Below are positions 52,755-64,000 of a stretch of 64,000 nt of DNA, in pieces (position 1 is the first letter of the stretch; every line of letters begins with the position of its first letter). Both the position numbers and the translations under genes were made by a program. The notes under the pieces were generated by a model. The model saw only the letters and a program-made list of their open reading frames with translations, made no database searches and was not told where the DNA came from. Origin of the DNA: Antedon mediterranea (lineage: Eukaryota; Animalia; Echinodermata); the NCBI RefSeq assembly GCF_964355755.1, contig NC_092680.1:16067045-16131044 (forward strand), in the 5' to 3' direction.

Positions 52755-54104
52755 TTACATATCATTGTTTACAGTTGGAGTTTCCTCCGTTTTGTGATGT
52801 ATCACAGCATCTTCGCTGAGCTGTGAGCTAATGTTGTAGACACCGTCGGTTGACTTTGTGTCCATCGGGGTGGAAGCAATGTTGTCCGTAGATTTCGCGT
52901 CTTCGTGTGTTACTGTTCCTTCAACGTTATCAAGGTTACGTTTTTTGTCTTGTCTGATTGTATATGAAACACAGAGTAGAATCAGTGTTACAGCTACGAT
53001 AATACAGAGAGCTACTATAATGATAATCACGGCTGTATCTAGTGACGAATCGTCGGTTTTTTGTCCTGTATCACCGCCGTCGTCAGAATCATGTGTTGTC
53101 GAATCTGGTAGCACCTCGTCTAATAAAACTAGTACTTGAGAAGCAGAGTTAGACATGTCTAATGCTATATAAGATGCTTCACATTCTACAGCAGTGTTAT
53201 TATCTTCTTCTTTGATGTCAAATATGTGCAATATTTTATCATTTTCCTCTCTTGAAAAACGCTGTTCTACAAGAACATTAAGGCCTACTCTGGTCCATGA
53301 ATAAGTCATAGGCTGTTGGCCAATGGCGTCACAAATAAACGTAACATTTTCCCCTTCTGCAAATGTTCCAATTTGGATTAAGCGTACATCGGGTGGTTGA
53401 GGGAATGGAACCACTTCACAGGTTGCCGATTGGAACTCAGTAGTTGCGTTGCAAGTAAACACCAAATTTTCATCAGATTCTTGAATAGTCAAACGTGTCA
53501 ATGACCTGGTAGTTGGTGGGGAAAACCGTGATTGATCTATTATGCGAGATGGTGCTGACCATTTATAAGTTGGAACAGGCATCTGATCTCCATTCACAGA
53601 ACACTGCAGATTAACGACTTCTCCTGCTCTGGGTCGACTTCTCCGTCCAAAATAGTTTACGCCACATATTGGTAATAACAACACAGTAACCCTCGCCTTG
53701 GCTGTCATGCCGAAATCATCAAACTCTCCGTTGTTTCTAATATACCCGCAAATATACTCTCCCTGATCGATGACTTGCAAGTCAATCATTTGTAAGTTGA
53801 AAATGTAAACCGAGTTGCCAGTTGCATCGATGTAATCTTGTGTAATTACACTGTACCGACTTCTCTTTCGAGGGTCTGTAGTAAAAATACTCAAACCTAC
53901 TGTAAGGTACGAACTTGAGTCCACGTGACGCCAAACAATGTTCTCTCCTGAAAGGAGTTCTCTGACACGGCATGATAGTTGAACGGTATTGCCAATATTG
54001 GCGGCAACATTTCGTGGTCCTTCTTCCACTATGACACCGACCGTCAACTGCAAAAGTGCGAAAATGCCTGTTGCTAGTAATAAACTGTTTGTCATCTTGA
54101 GCAT
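52755..54104 (-). CDS. Ig-superfamily type I membrane protein, copy C; intronless CDS
   Basis: Uninterrupted ORF from MLKMTNSLLLATGIFALLQLTVG (signal peptide), three Cys-paired Ig domains, and a TM and tail nearly identical to copy A. Confidence 0.93.
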   Translation of the reverse strand: MLKMTNSLLLATGIFALLQLTVGVIVEEGPRNVAANIGNTVQLSCRVRELLSGENIVWRHVDSSSYLTVGLSIFTTDPRKRSRYSVITQDYIDATGNSVYIFNLQMIDLQVIDQGEYICGYIRNNGEFDDFGMTAKARVTVLLLPICGVNYFGRRSRPRAGEVVNLQCSVNGDQMPVPTYKWSAPSRIIDQSRFSPPTTRSLTRLTIQESDENLVFTCNATTEFQSATCEVVPFPQPPDVRLIQIGTFAEGENVTFICDAIGQQPMTYSWTRVGLNVLVEQRFSREENDKILHIFDIKEEDNNTAVECEASYIALDMSNSASQVLVLLDEVLPDSTTHDSDDGGDTGQKTDDSSLDTAVIIIIVALCIIVAVTLILLCVSYTIRQDKKRNLDNVEGTVTHEDAKSTDNIASTPMDTKSTDGVYNISSQLSEDAVIHHKTEETPTVNNDM

Positions 54105-55077
54105 TTTGTATGTTCGATGTTTACAATGCTGTGTCCATAGCACAAATGACTTGAGCGATTTTGTAATTCACCATTATCGGTTATACTCAAATAGAGATCA
54201 CATATGCTAATATCAGTAAGTATGGCTATGAGTACCTTGTTTGTTTTGAATTCAAAAAGAGCATACCATGAATCATCTAAGAACAATTCTTTTCCAACTA
54301 TATAACAATAGTGGTTATCTACTTACTGATCAAAAGGGGACAAGTACATGCTCTACAAAATCTGCTGTTGCTAAAATAATTATGCGTAGAGTGCACTTGA
54401 CCACTTCAATATCACGTCATCATCTTGGTATGTACTTTTCTATTCAGAGATACTTTTTAAACCGCATCCTGAATTTCGTACAGTATTAATAAAACCAAAT
54501 AGACGACATAAAAATAGAAAAAAAAATGTCGCGCCTTTTATGCTAACCATAGTCAATGAATAATAATAATTATAATAATACATTCTTTATTTTTTAAACG
54601 GAGGCTCATTCACACGAAGATGTGTTCTTCCACGAGGCCGTATGAAAGAAATACATTATTATATACAATAAAAGTGGCATATGATATTAATTAATTAATA
54701 GATTTTAAATTATTTTAAAGATAAAAATTAAAACAGAAATGCGACAAACAAAAAGCATTAAAATAATTAAGAAATTAATGTTTTGAAATTCTTTAGAGAA
54801 AGAGAATTTTTTTGTGTGAATTGGTAGGCCTACTTTGCAAAACATGAGCATAATGTTTCGATAGTAATACAACTGTAAAAATTGCAATCTTATGTGCATA
54901 TGTTATCGGTGGATTGCATAGTATTTTAATTGTAATATTAATATCGGTTCCTCCATTACCTACCATTGATCATTTTTAAAGAAGCAAACGCTGCTTTGTC
55001 GTTTGTTACACGCTCATCAATCAGTCGGAGAATGTATAATTATTAATGATTTAAATATACTTTCAAATAGTTACTTA

Positions 55078-56661
55078 AGCTTGGTTCCCACTAGGACGCA
55101 ACGCAAGGACGTAAACGTAACGCAAGTGAGTTAACCAATGTCAAGCGACAGTTCGAATAATCCATCGCTTGCGATTGGTCAAATCCTTTACGTTGCGTTA
55201 CGTCGTTGTGTTGTGTCCTAGTGTGAACCAAGTTCAACAGAGCAGAAAGCATCAAAAGATAATTGGTTCAATCTTGAACTCATGGATAAAACCATACTCC
55301 TCCTAATTGTTGTGACGACGTGTGGTCTTTGTGTGACGCGCAATTACTTAATTTGCATATTTTTCTTAGACGAGATTTGCAACAGACGAATAAAATTGAA
55401 CGGTACCAAGTAAAATATTGTTTCGTTTGCTTAAGAATAATGGTAGAGAACAAATTTTCTTTCTATGGATGAGATGACGGCAACAAAAGAAGGAAAACAC
55501 GGTTAGGGTAAATTGCATTGTTAATACGAGTGTAGTAGTTTTTTTCAGTTGAGTACGTTTGCGACCCGTGTTTAAACGTTGATTTGTACAGTCTGAATGC
55601 CCAATCATCTGTTTTAAATGTTATTACCGTCATTTTAATATTTCAGTTTCATTTTTAAATTTTAATCTTATCCGTATATTTCGACATATTAAGACAGATC
55701 GATGTTATGTTTGATTTTTGTGTGCTGCCCATATTGTTTTTATACAACTTATGTATTGTCATTATATCATGTAATACAATGCTTTTAGCTTCTGCTGCTG
55801 GTTCAAACGGTCTACTAAGAATTAATTCATATTGTTAAAAAAGACAAAAAACGAACCAGGAAACTGAGACAAAATTAATGTGCTTCTTTTTATTGTAAGC
55901 TAAAACTAGTTTTAACTTTGTTTTACAATATATCTGGGTATTACATTATTATACGGAGTGACTGAAAGGTGTTAATTTAGCCTTAATATACAGAAGGAGA
56001 AAAGGCGTAATTCTCGTACATATATAGCTAATTACAAACTAAGTATGGTTCTGCCTTCCTTAAGCGTGGTTCCCACTAGCGACGCAACGCAAGGACGTAA
56101 CGCAACGCAAGTGAATTGACCAATCACAAGCGATGGCTTATTCGCTTGTGATTGCTATCTGTCTATAACTCCGCTTGTCATTGGTTAAAACGCTTGCGTT
56201 GCGTTTAATTTTATATCCTTGCGTTACGTTCTAATGGGAACCAAGCTCCACTCGTGTTGGACTCAACCACACGCGGTCATGGACCTTATTTGGTGGTCCT
56301 TCATAAAATCGTCGTTGGAAGCAAAGATAAAATAAGCGAGAGAGAATGTACAGAGTACAGTCATTTTAAAATCTTAAGAAACGTTGAGAACATTGGGTAA
56401 CATAAAAACAATGCTACTCTGTAGACTCAGTCATAATATACAGAAGCTATCTAAGTAACAGATAAGGAATATCATTCTTAAAGCTTGGTTCCCACTAGAA
56501 CGTAACGCAAGGACGTAAACGCAACGCAAGCGTTTTAACCAATGACAAGCGAAGTTAGAGACAGTTAGCAATCACAAGCGAATAAGCCATCGCTTGTGAT
56601 TGGTCAATTCACTTGCGTTGCCGTTACGTCCTTGTGTTGCGTCGCTAGTGGGAACCACGCT
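55078..56661. mobile_element. Three Tourist/Harbinger-type MITEs (55078-55232, 56063-56247, 56482-56661); partial relatives at about 2520-2600 and 30883-30965
   Basis: TIR AGCTTGGTTCCCACTAG...CTAGTGGGAACCA(A/C)GCT; TAA TSD at the 56482-56661 copy. Confidence 0.85.
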
Positions 56662-56792
56662 TAATGAAAAAATAATTACGGTGATATAGGCTTATTATAA
56701 AATAAGATAAATATTAACAATGTGGCAGTCCAATCTAGACACAACCCTCATAAAAATCAAAAATGATAAAATAAAACGTCTCATTAAGATAA

Positions 56793-58085
56793 CTATTGTT
56801 TTTCTTCGTGTACTTCAACATTGCTTTCATCTACTAACCGTAAATTAGTCTTAAGTTCTTCATCGTGATCATTATTTGGATCTAGCTCCTTGATTGTTCC
56901 TTTGTCATTCAGGGCTTGATCTTCCGTATTTGTTTCACCAATTTTCGTAAATTTTACGGGCTCGGGAGTTCCATCTTGATCGTTATTCCGTCTAGGTTGC
57001 CGAACTAGCAGATATGCTGCAATCGCTATTAGAATTGCTATAACGACAACGGCCATGATGGCGACAATTGCAGAATTCTGTAAAGAACTTGAGTCTGTTT
57101 GCGGGATAACAGTACCATCGTCGCGTTTCAAATGAATAGCAAGTCTGCCTTTCTGACTCAAAGGAAAGCTTTCGTATTCAATCTCACATTCAACAAATGT
57201 ATCAATATCTTCTCTTTGGAGTTCCGTAATTTTAAGCACGCGGTTATTGTCTGTGATATGAAATCGGTTTTCAAACAGAATGTTCATGTTGATATCTGTC
57301 CATCTGTATCTTAATGATCCCATGGCATTTGTTCCACATACAAACTCAACATCACTGCCAATAGCATTTCCGCCCATTTGTCTGATAGTAACATCTGGTA
57401 CATCTGGATATGGAATGACGTCACATTCTCTGATCTCACCGAATGCATCATTTGTTGTTTTACAAACAAAAGTAGTGCCAAGGTCACCGTCACGTAATGC
57501 CCAACGCTGAGTGTTTCTTCTCAGCCCCACTGCTTGTCCTATGTTCTCGTCGTTACGATACCATGTTATGTTTGGCACTGGATTTCCACCTGTAGTCGCA
57601 CAAACAAGATTGACAAAATCGCCTGTTCTTGGAGATCTATCCGTAAAATAGTCAACATAACAGATTGGTGAATTATCATCTGATGGAGCTAACACGGTTA
57701 GAGTTGCACTACCAAGATTCACGAAGTTTCCAGGCTGAATTGAATATCCACACATATATCTACCACTGTCGGAATTTAAATTTGCGTTAGTGATAAGCAA
57801 ATCGTATATGTTTTCATTGTCTTCTCCCAGAACAGCGTAACGCCATCGTTTGTCGTCATTCACTGAGTTTAGTGTTCGCGCTATTGTGATGTAATAGTTT
57901 GTATCTTGATGGTACCAGACGATCCTTTCAGAAACTATGTTTTCAATACGACATCGCAAGATCACTGCCTCTCCAGCGGACACAGTTGCGTCATCAGGAC
58001 CCTCGACTAGATTAATGGCGTCTGATACTTTTAAATATAGGCCTAGTAGCACAAGCACAAAGAGGCATTTACAAACGCGTTCCAT
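56793..58085 (-). CDS. Ig-superfamily type I membrane protein, copy D (divergent paralog, 430 aa); intronless CDS
   Basis: Signal peptide, LRC..WY..DSGRYMC V-type domain, C2-like CATTGGNPVPNITW..FVC domain, third Ig domain, TM AIVAIMAVVVIAILIAIAAYLLV, acidic tail. Confidence 0.93.
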   Translation of the reverse strand: MERVCKCLFVLVLLGLYLKVSDAINLVEGPDDATVSAGEAVILRCRIENIVSERIVWYHQDTNYYITIARTLNSVNDDKRWRYAVLGEDNENIYDLLITNANLNSDSGRYMCGYSIQPGNFVNLGSATLTVLAPSDDNSPICYVDYFTDRSPRTGDFVNLVCATTGGNPVPNITWYRNDENIGQAVGLRRNTQRWALRDGDLGTTFVCKTTNDAFGEIRECDVIPYPDVPDVTIRQMGGNAIGSDVEFVCGTNAMGSLRYRWTDINMNILFENRFHITDNNRVLKITELQREDIDTFVECEIEYESFPLSQKGRLAIHLKRDDGTVIPQTDSSSLQNSAIVAIMAVVVIAILIAIAAYLLVRQPRRNNDQDGTPEPVKFTKIGETNTEDQALNDKGTIKELDPNNDHDEELKTNLRLVDESNVEVHEEKQ

Positions 58086-61000
58086 TTCTGCTGTTTGTCC
58101 AAATCGGCGAGAAGCTCGAATAGAAATGCAAGAACTAACAAATAATCATGTTTACTATCCCTCAACAATTAAATCGCCACTTGAACATCTTGAAGCAAGA
58201 TATTACAATTGTTAACCGTAAGGAGGTGTGTTTACTATATTTGCATAATAACATAATCGGTTAGTATAACTTATGAGTCATAATAAATACAATAATATTG
58301 ACGGAACTATAAATAAATAAATCAATTTGGAATGTTTTCTGGTTTTTTTTAAAATAAAAAGTGAACATTTACATCTACATTAAGTTCACATATGAATGTA
58401 TGTTCAGTATATCAAGCGAAACCAATCAGAGTACAGGGATGTTGGATTCGCTTAATATTCTCTACAGTAGAACGAAGAAACTAAGATCACAATTACTTAG
58501 ATTGATGGATGACTGATGTTTGTAAATCGTACTATTTTCGATGTTCATACATAATCCCAGCATATACCAAAATCGAATGCCAAATTTGATATAATGAGTA
58601 CTATAGGCCCTGGTATCGTATATATTTTTTCCCTCCTGAATGTTAAAACAATAGCAATAGCAATTTCAATTAGGACTACTAATGTCAGAATATATTAGCA
58701 GTTTCAGAAGGTTAAGCAACACTTTACAGTATGTCATAATATTTACCATTTTCAGCAGCTTAAGCTAAACTTTACAGCATGTCATATTAATAATAGCAAT
58801 TTCAGCACACATATTATAAGCTTAAGCAACACATATACATTACTAGTTATTATATAAATTGTATATTCTGCTTATTTATGCTTTTTTATGCGTAACAACA
58901 GTTAAGAGCATGTGAATATAATAGCACTAGCAGTGCAAAAAAAAAAGAGCTGAAGCAATGCTAAAAATAATAGCAATTTCAATTAAATAGCACAATTAGC
59001 AATAGAAAAGTAAAACATAGCTTAAGCAGTGAATAAAACAACCTAGGTAGAGTATACATCTGACAATTATAAAGAAGCTGTCGAACTCGGATAAGTTAAT
59101 TGCTATTAGTTAAGCAGGCCTATGTATAGTTATCCCCTTATCCGTAGTATTTGATACTAATAATAATGATGAAGAAAACTTACCTAACAATTTAAAACCA
59201 CATCAAACAGATTATATATGTAACGTTATTATAGCATTTTATCCCAAAAATAATTTTATAAACTGATAGGTCATCAACGTATTTTTAAAGGATATCATCA
59301 AAATAAGGCAAGCCTATAATATAAAAAGGTAGTGTTAGGTGTAATTCTTATAACTAGATGGCACGCTCGCTTCGCTCGCGTACCATCTAGGTCGTGCCCA
59401 CAGATGGTTCTCGAATACACAGTATTTTCCAGCGAGAAAAAAATGGAGATTTCAAATGTACGTACTGCAGGACTATATATAATACATTGTCGTTTACAGA
59501 AACGAATAAATATACACGATGATTTATGTAGTCAGCTAAAATTAGCACCCTGGGAATTACTTCCGAGAGAGAAACAAAATGAGTCAAATTTTTTTATTTG
59601 GACTCATTTAAACAAACCCAATTTGTGTTTTGTATGTAACAATAACATTAGGCCTAAGGGTTGAGGAATGGGGGAAGAAGATAGGTACAAAGAGGAAACA
59701 TTTTAAAATATATTCTTATCCACTCAGTAACGAAATATTGTTTTTAATGTTTTATAGGCCTATAAATAATATACCACTAAATACAGTAAAACATTTACGA
59801 TTTAATACTTTGTTAAAACTCTCACTGTCATAGTCGATTGAAATAGTAAAGTATACATGTAACGATACACCACTACGTACGTTTATATATTTTTAAATTA
59901 TTAATTAATACAAACGTTGAGAAGCAACTGTCAGTAATAACGTTTATTTATTTGTATATTATATGTTTATAATCTAACAGTAGGAGGAGATAGGAAAATG
60001 CGAAGTGTCCTCGTATTATTGTGTGCGGGTATTTTTCAAATTGACATCCATTAGACAGTGTATACCACGATCGGAAAACACCCCTATTTGGGGCAAATCG
60101 TTGAACCTAAATTCGTTCTAATCGTCAATAACTAATTATCGAACTCAATTTAATTAGTAAACATGGTTACATCAGGTGGTTAAAATTAGTACCGAAAGTA
60201 CGAACCAACTTTATATACCATCGAGTAAACATTCTAGAAATAACGCACGATTTACCGATTTTTGCCCTTACGTAAATTTATATATAGATAAAAGTGATGT
60301 GTGTATACTTTGTGTTTGGAATATTTAATGTTATTCAATTAAAACTAAAAGATAATTACAGTAGGCCTAGATCATTACGTTACTATTATGTATTATTAGT
60401 TATTTGTCACTACCAACAATCTACATTCTGTTTTTATAACGATATTATTAACTAACTAAGATAAAAAGGAGTCGTACTAAAACTATAGCTATTTTTACCA
60501 TTAATTTACAGTCTGTTTTTTTTTTTAGGCCGAAACGACTCTAAAATTAAATCACGTGGACTTAAATTGACTCGCGGAGCAGCGTATTGCGAAAAACACA
60601 CACCATGACTCGAAATAGTTTGATTAGTGGAACTTATAAAGTTGATAGAGAGCCAACAAATTGTTTTCATCATAAAATTTGATAATATATCTAAAAAGAT
60701 TTTAGATTCGTAATTGTACTTCACATTTTAAGATAATTTCAGGGTTTGAGAAAAAAACGGACTTCGTAAATATTTTTTCACACTTTCTACAATTTTCACT
60801 TGTTCATCTGTATTCTCCCCTGTTGTTTCTTTGTCATGTTCCCTCTTATCTTTTTTTATCCATCTTTTTTTCTATGAAAAAAAAAAAGAGATGAGTCGAC
60901 AATGTAAAGTAATACAATTGCCTGACTGGAATGAATCCAGCAGTTAGGCCTATTGTTTAGAATTTCAAACAATGATCTCCTATTCTCTATATAGAGAATA

Positions 61001-62949
61001 GGAAATGTGCATATATAAGGACAAAAAAAACAAGAACCTGTGTTTTGTTTTACATGAATAAAAGTAATAGTATATGAGTAGTTTTCACAGCAACTATTTA
61101 TTTTTCGATAGTGCATTTTTTTTAAATTAATTTGTATTATAATAATTGTAGATACAGTATTATTAACTTACTAAGACGGCCGGCTACTAGGTCACAATCA
61201 CTGTTACTATCCCAAGTACAACAGCAATAACTGTAGAATAATAACGAAATAACATACGATTACATACTTTAAAAATAAATTATTATATTATTGTATACAA
61301 CAAAACCCCACAAAGCGAATGTCTGATCCGTTAGCATGTTCCCAGTCAACAGTTCCTCAAACATTTAAATGTGTTTTGTCAAAACCCAGTACCTTACAGT
61401 GTTTTATCGAATTATGAATAAATAAAGAAGGGTGATGATACAACCAACCAAAACTAATGAGGCATGATATTCAGATAATGGAATTTCTGTTTAAATACAG
61501 ATGCATGGATCATCCAAAAAATGTAAATCCTTCATAATATTCTGTCACAAGAAAGTGTAATCAGCATAGGCTACTTAGTCAGTCAAATTATAATGTTAAA
61601 TCGTAAGTCAGTTTTGTGTTTTTACATTGTAGTATTCCTAATTAGCCAGAGTGACCCAACTCGTCTTGGGTCCTAAGTAAAAAATAAAATAATAACTACT
61701 ATTAATCTTGTTTTTCAAACGTATTGCGTTCTCTGATAACTCACCGATTGCACCATTTGGCCGTTTAGGATGGCCATTAGCTGTAATATGAAAAAAAAAC
61801 ATATTATTCTTTTGGCATAAGAAGGTGAAAATATTTACTGGACAATTTGCACTGTAAAGGCAGAAATCGATCATGACCAATTGAAAATATGTTTCTATGC
61901 TCTGTTTTTTATGATCTCTTATTTAGTTTAACTGTAAAAATAAGATTTTATTAATTTAATCATGCTCTATTCATTTATTTATACCTTGAATTTATACCTT
62001 GAATTTATACCTTGAAACCAATGAGACTCCATTTGCTCGCAAATACGATGAAATCAAAATTATGTATCCCTGTTGTTTGATTATAGCTTTGTTATGAACA
62101 TTATATAAATAAAGTGTATTTCATGTAACATAATGGTTTTTGTATTTCATTGTGCTTTTAAAATACAGATTAAAACTGAATGATGTAGTTTTTTATTTGT
62201 CACTTTGACAAATTATATGTGATCTTTCCCGAGATTTAATAAGAAAAAGTCGTTGATGAAGAATATACAGACGTACGTTTATAGCGCTGAATTGTGTAAT
62301 AATATAGAATAGTGTGTAGCATGGTTAAATCACGGAACCAACATTATAATCTTTGTTTTACATGATGACGTTATCAAAGAATTCATCCCAAATTAGGTAT
62401 TTTAAACTTATACATTAAATAAAATAATTAGTCCGGTGGTAGAAGGGAGAATCACCGAAAGGGGAAAAATTGCCATCCAACTTTTCTTGACCAGAAATTT
62501 CCGTAGATTAAGAATCTGAAATTGACCAGGATATGAAGTGTTTTTGAAATATAAAGGATCAAAGTTAAAAATTGAACAATTATAATAATGTTTTAACGAT
62601 GTATTGTCATCTTGAAAAATGTTTTAACATTTTTTAGGTGAATATATAATTTATATGACATAATAGTCATATATTTTTACGAAAAAATTGATTAAACAAA
62701 TATATTTACCTTAAAAAACTGTAATTTAAAGCAACAAAAATGGACGAATTGGCTGCCGGCCAATGGGTTTTTGGTTGAACTTAATCATTATCAATCAATC
62801 AATCGTTCAATATATATATCGCCATTCCAACAGTCATTGCTCATGGCAATTTTGTTCTCGTTTTTTTTTCTACGAAAGTGAGTACGGTAAACTTTATTAA
62901 AGCTGCAAAATGGCCTATTCAAAGTATGATTTTAGTAATCTTTACTTTT

Positions 62950-63250
62950 CTTATTTTTAAGGGAAAATACATCTTTAATTAATTAACATCCAAAACAAAA
63001 TATTTTTTAGTTTGTTAATATATTGTACATCAGGTGTAGATAAATTTGAAAAATTACATAATAAAATTGGTAGTACCAAAGACTTAGTTTCCACATGTTG
63101 AGAACTATTTTTATTTGTTCCAATTTATTTTAAAAGTTTATAAAGTTGACATTTAGACCAGAACATTTAGACAAGTTATCAAGAATTTCTATTGCTGTAT
63201 TCAGTGAATATTCATCCTGCAAGAAGAACACGGTATCATCTGCTAGGGCC
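62950..63250 (-). mobile_element. Decayed L1/Tx1-type reverse transcriptase fragment
   Basis: Minus strand LADDTVFFLQDEYSLNTAIEILDNLSKCSGLNVN then KLEQIKIVLNMWK, resembling the xADD catalytic region of L1/Tx1 RTs. Confidence 0.6.
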
Positions 63251-64000
63251 CTAAAACTTAATATCAGTATTTGTAATAATAATACCTTAAACATTTTTAT
63301 TTCGTCTCACTGATATCCCAAGCGTTTCTGCCGTAATTATAAATAAATATGGGGATTAGGGGCTACCATGTCTCAGTTCCCCCGATGGTTAAAAATAATT
63401 CGAGGTAAAAGCATTATTAACTACACAGCTTGAAATATCATTATACATTCATTTAAACCAGTTTTATTTTACAGCTCACTATGTCGGTCGGTCGGTCGGT
63501 CGGTAAACACTAACTTGTATATGGCCTTGTCTTGATATCAGTTTCATCTAGCTAAGTCAATTTTTCAGAGTATATTCCTTATGGCCAGTACTCGATGTGG
63601 TTATTTTTTTCACGATGCGCAATCAAAAATTACGCGATCTTCACAAGCATGAATCACAATTAAATAAATTTGGTACTCATAAATTTCAGGTCATATTTCA
63701 TCATAAAGGCAATACAATTAGATGTGTAGCGCATATAACGCATGCGTACGCGCGCTTAAATTTTCAAATTATTTCGATGAAATTAGAGTACGTTTTAGGC
63801 AATTTTAAGCTATTAAAAAATTGCAATGAGTGCGTAGATTTTATCACGCGCACTGCACGTTAATCCGATTTATGTTTTAAAACCTTTCTTTAATAATGTC
63901 ATCATATTTGATTTACTTTCCAACTCGAAATTACGTTATACGAGCACGTCAAAAGTGACAGGATACGCACGTGTAAATTAAAAAAATATAAATGTTTTTA

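Overview
AT-rich, intron-rich animal genomic DNA, probably an invertebrate deuterostome such as an echinoderm (inferred from gene content and Deu/Nin-type SINEs; not provable here). Genes left to right: (1) the 5' part of XPA on the minus strand, 4 coding exons, running off the left edge; (2) a complete 13-exon calbindin/calretinin/secretagogin-family six-EF-hand gene on the minus strand (278 aa), assembled by hand from micro-exons the ORF track mostly misses; (3) a complete 8-exon SIRT6 on the plus strand (469 aa); (4) a tandem cluster of four minus-strand genes with intronless CDSs encoding signal peptide + 3 Ig domains + TM + acidic tail. One cluster member is a recent unequal-crossover chimera whose 2-bp insertion stops translation just before the TM. 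The rest is dense with transposons: a MULE relic with a nested MITE, IS3EU-like, Kolobok-like and ISL2EU-like elements, a 9.1-kb Academ carrying inverted satellite arrays, Tourist MITEs, tRNA- and 5S-derived SINEs, LINE relics and a Penelope-type hammerhead. Comparing paralogous copies inside the window shows recurrent TA->TAGGCCTA / TAGGCTA / TACCGTA micro-insertions that look like transposon excision footprints. All calls were made by eye; no alignments or searches were run.
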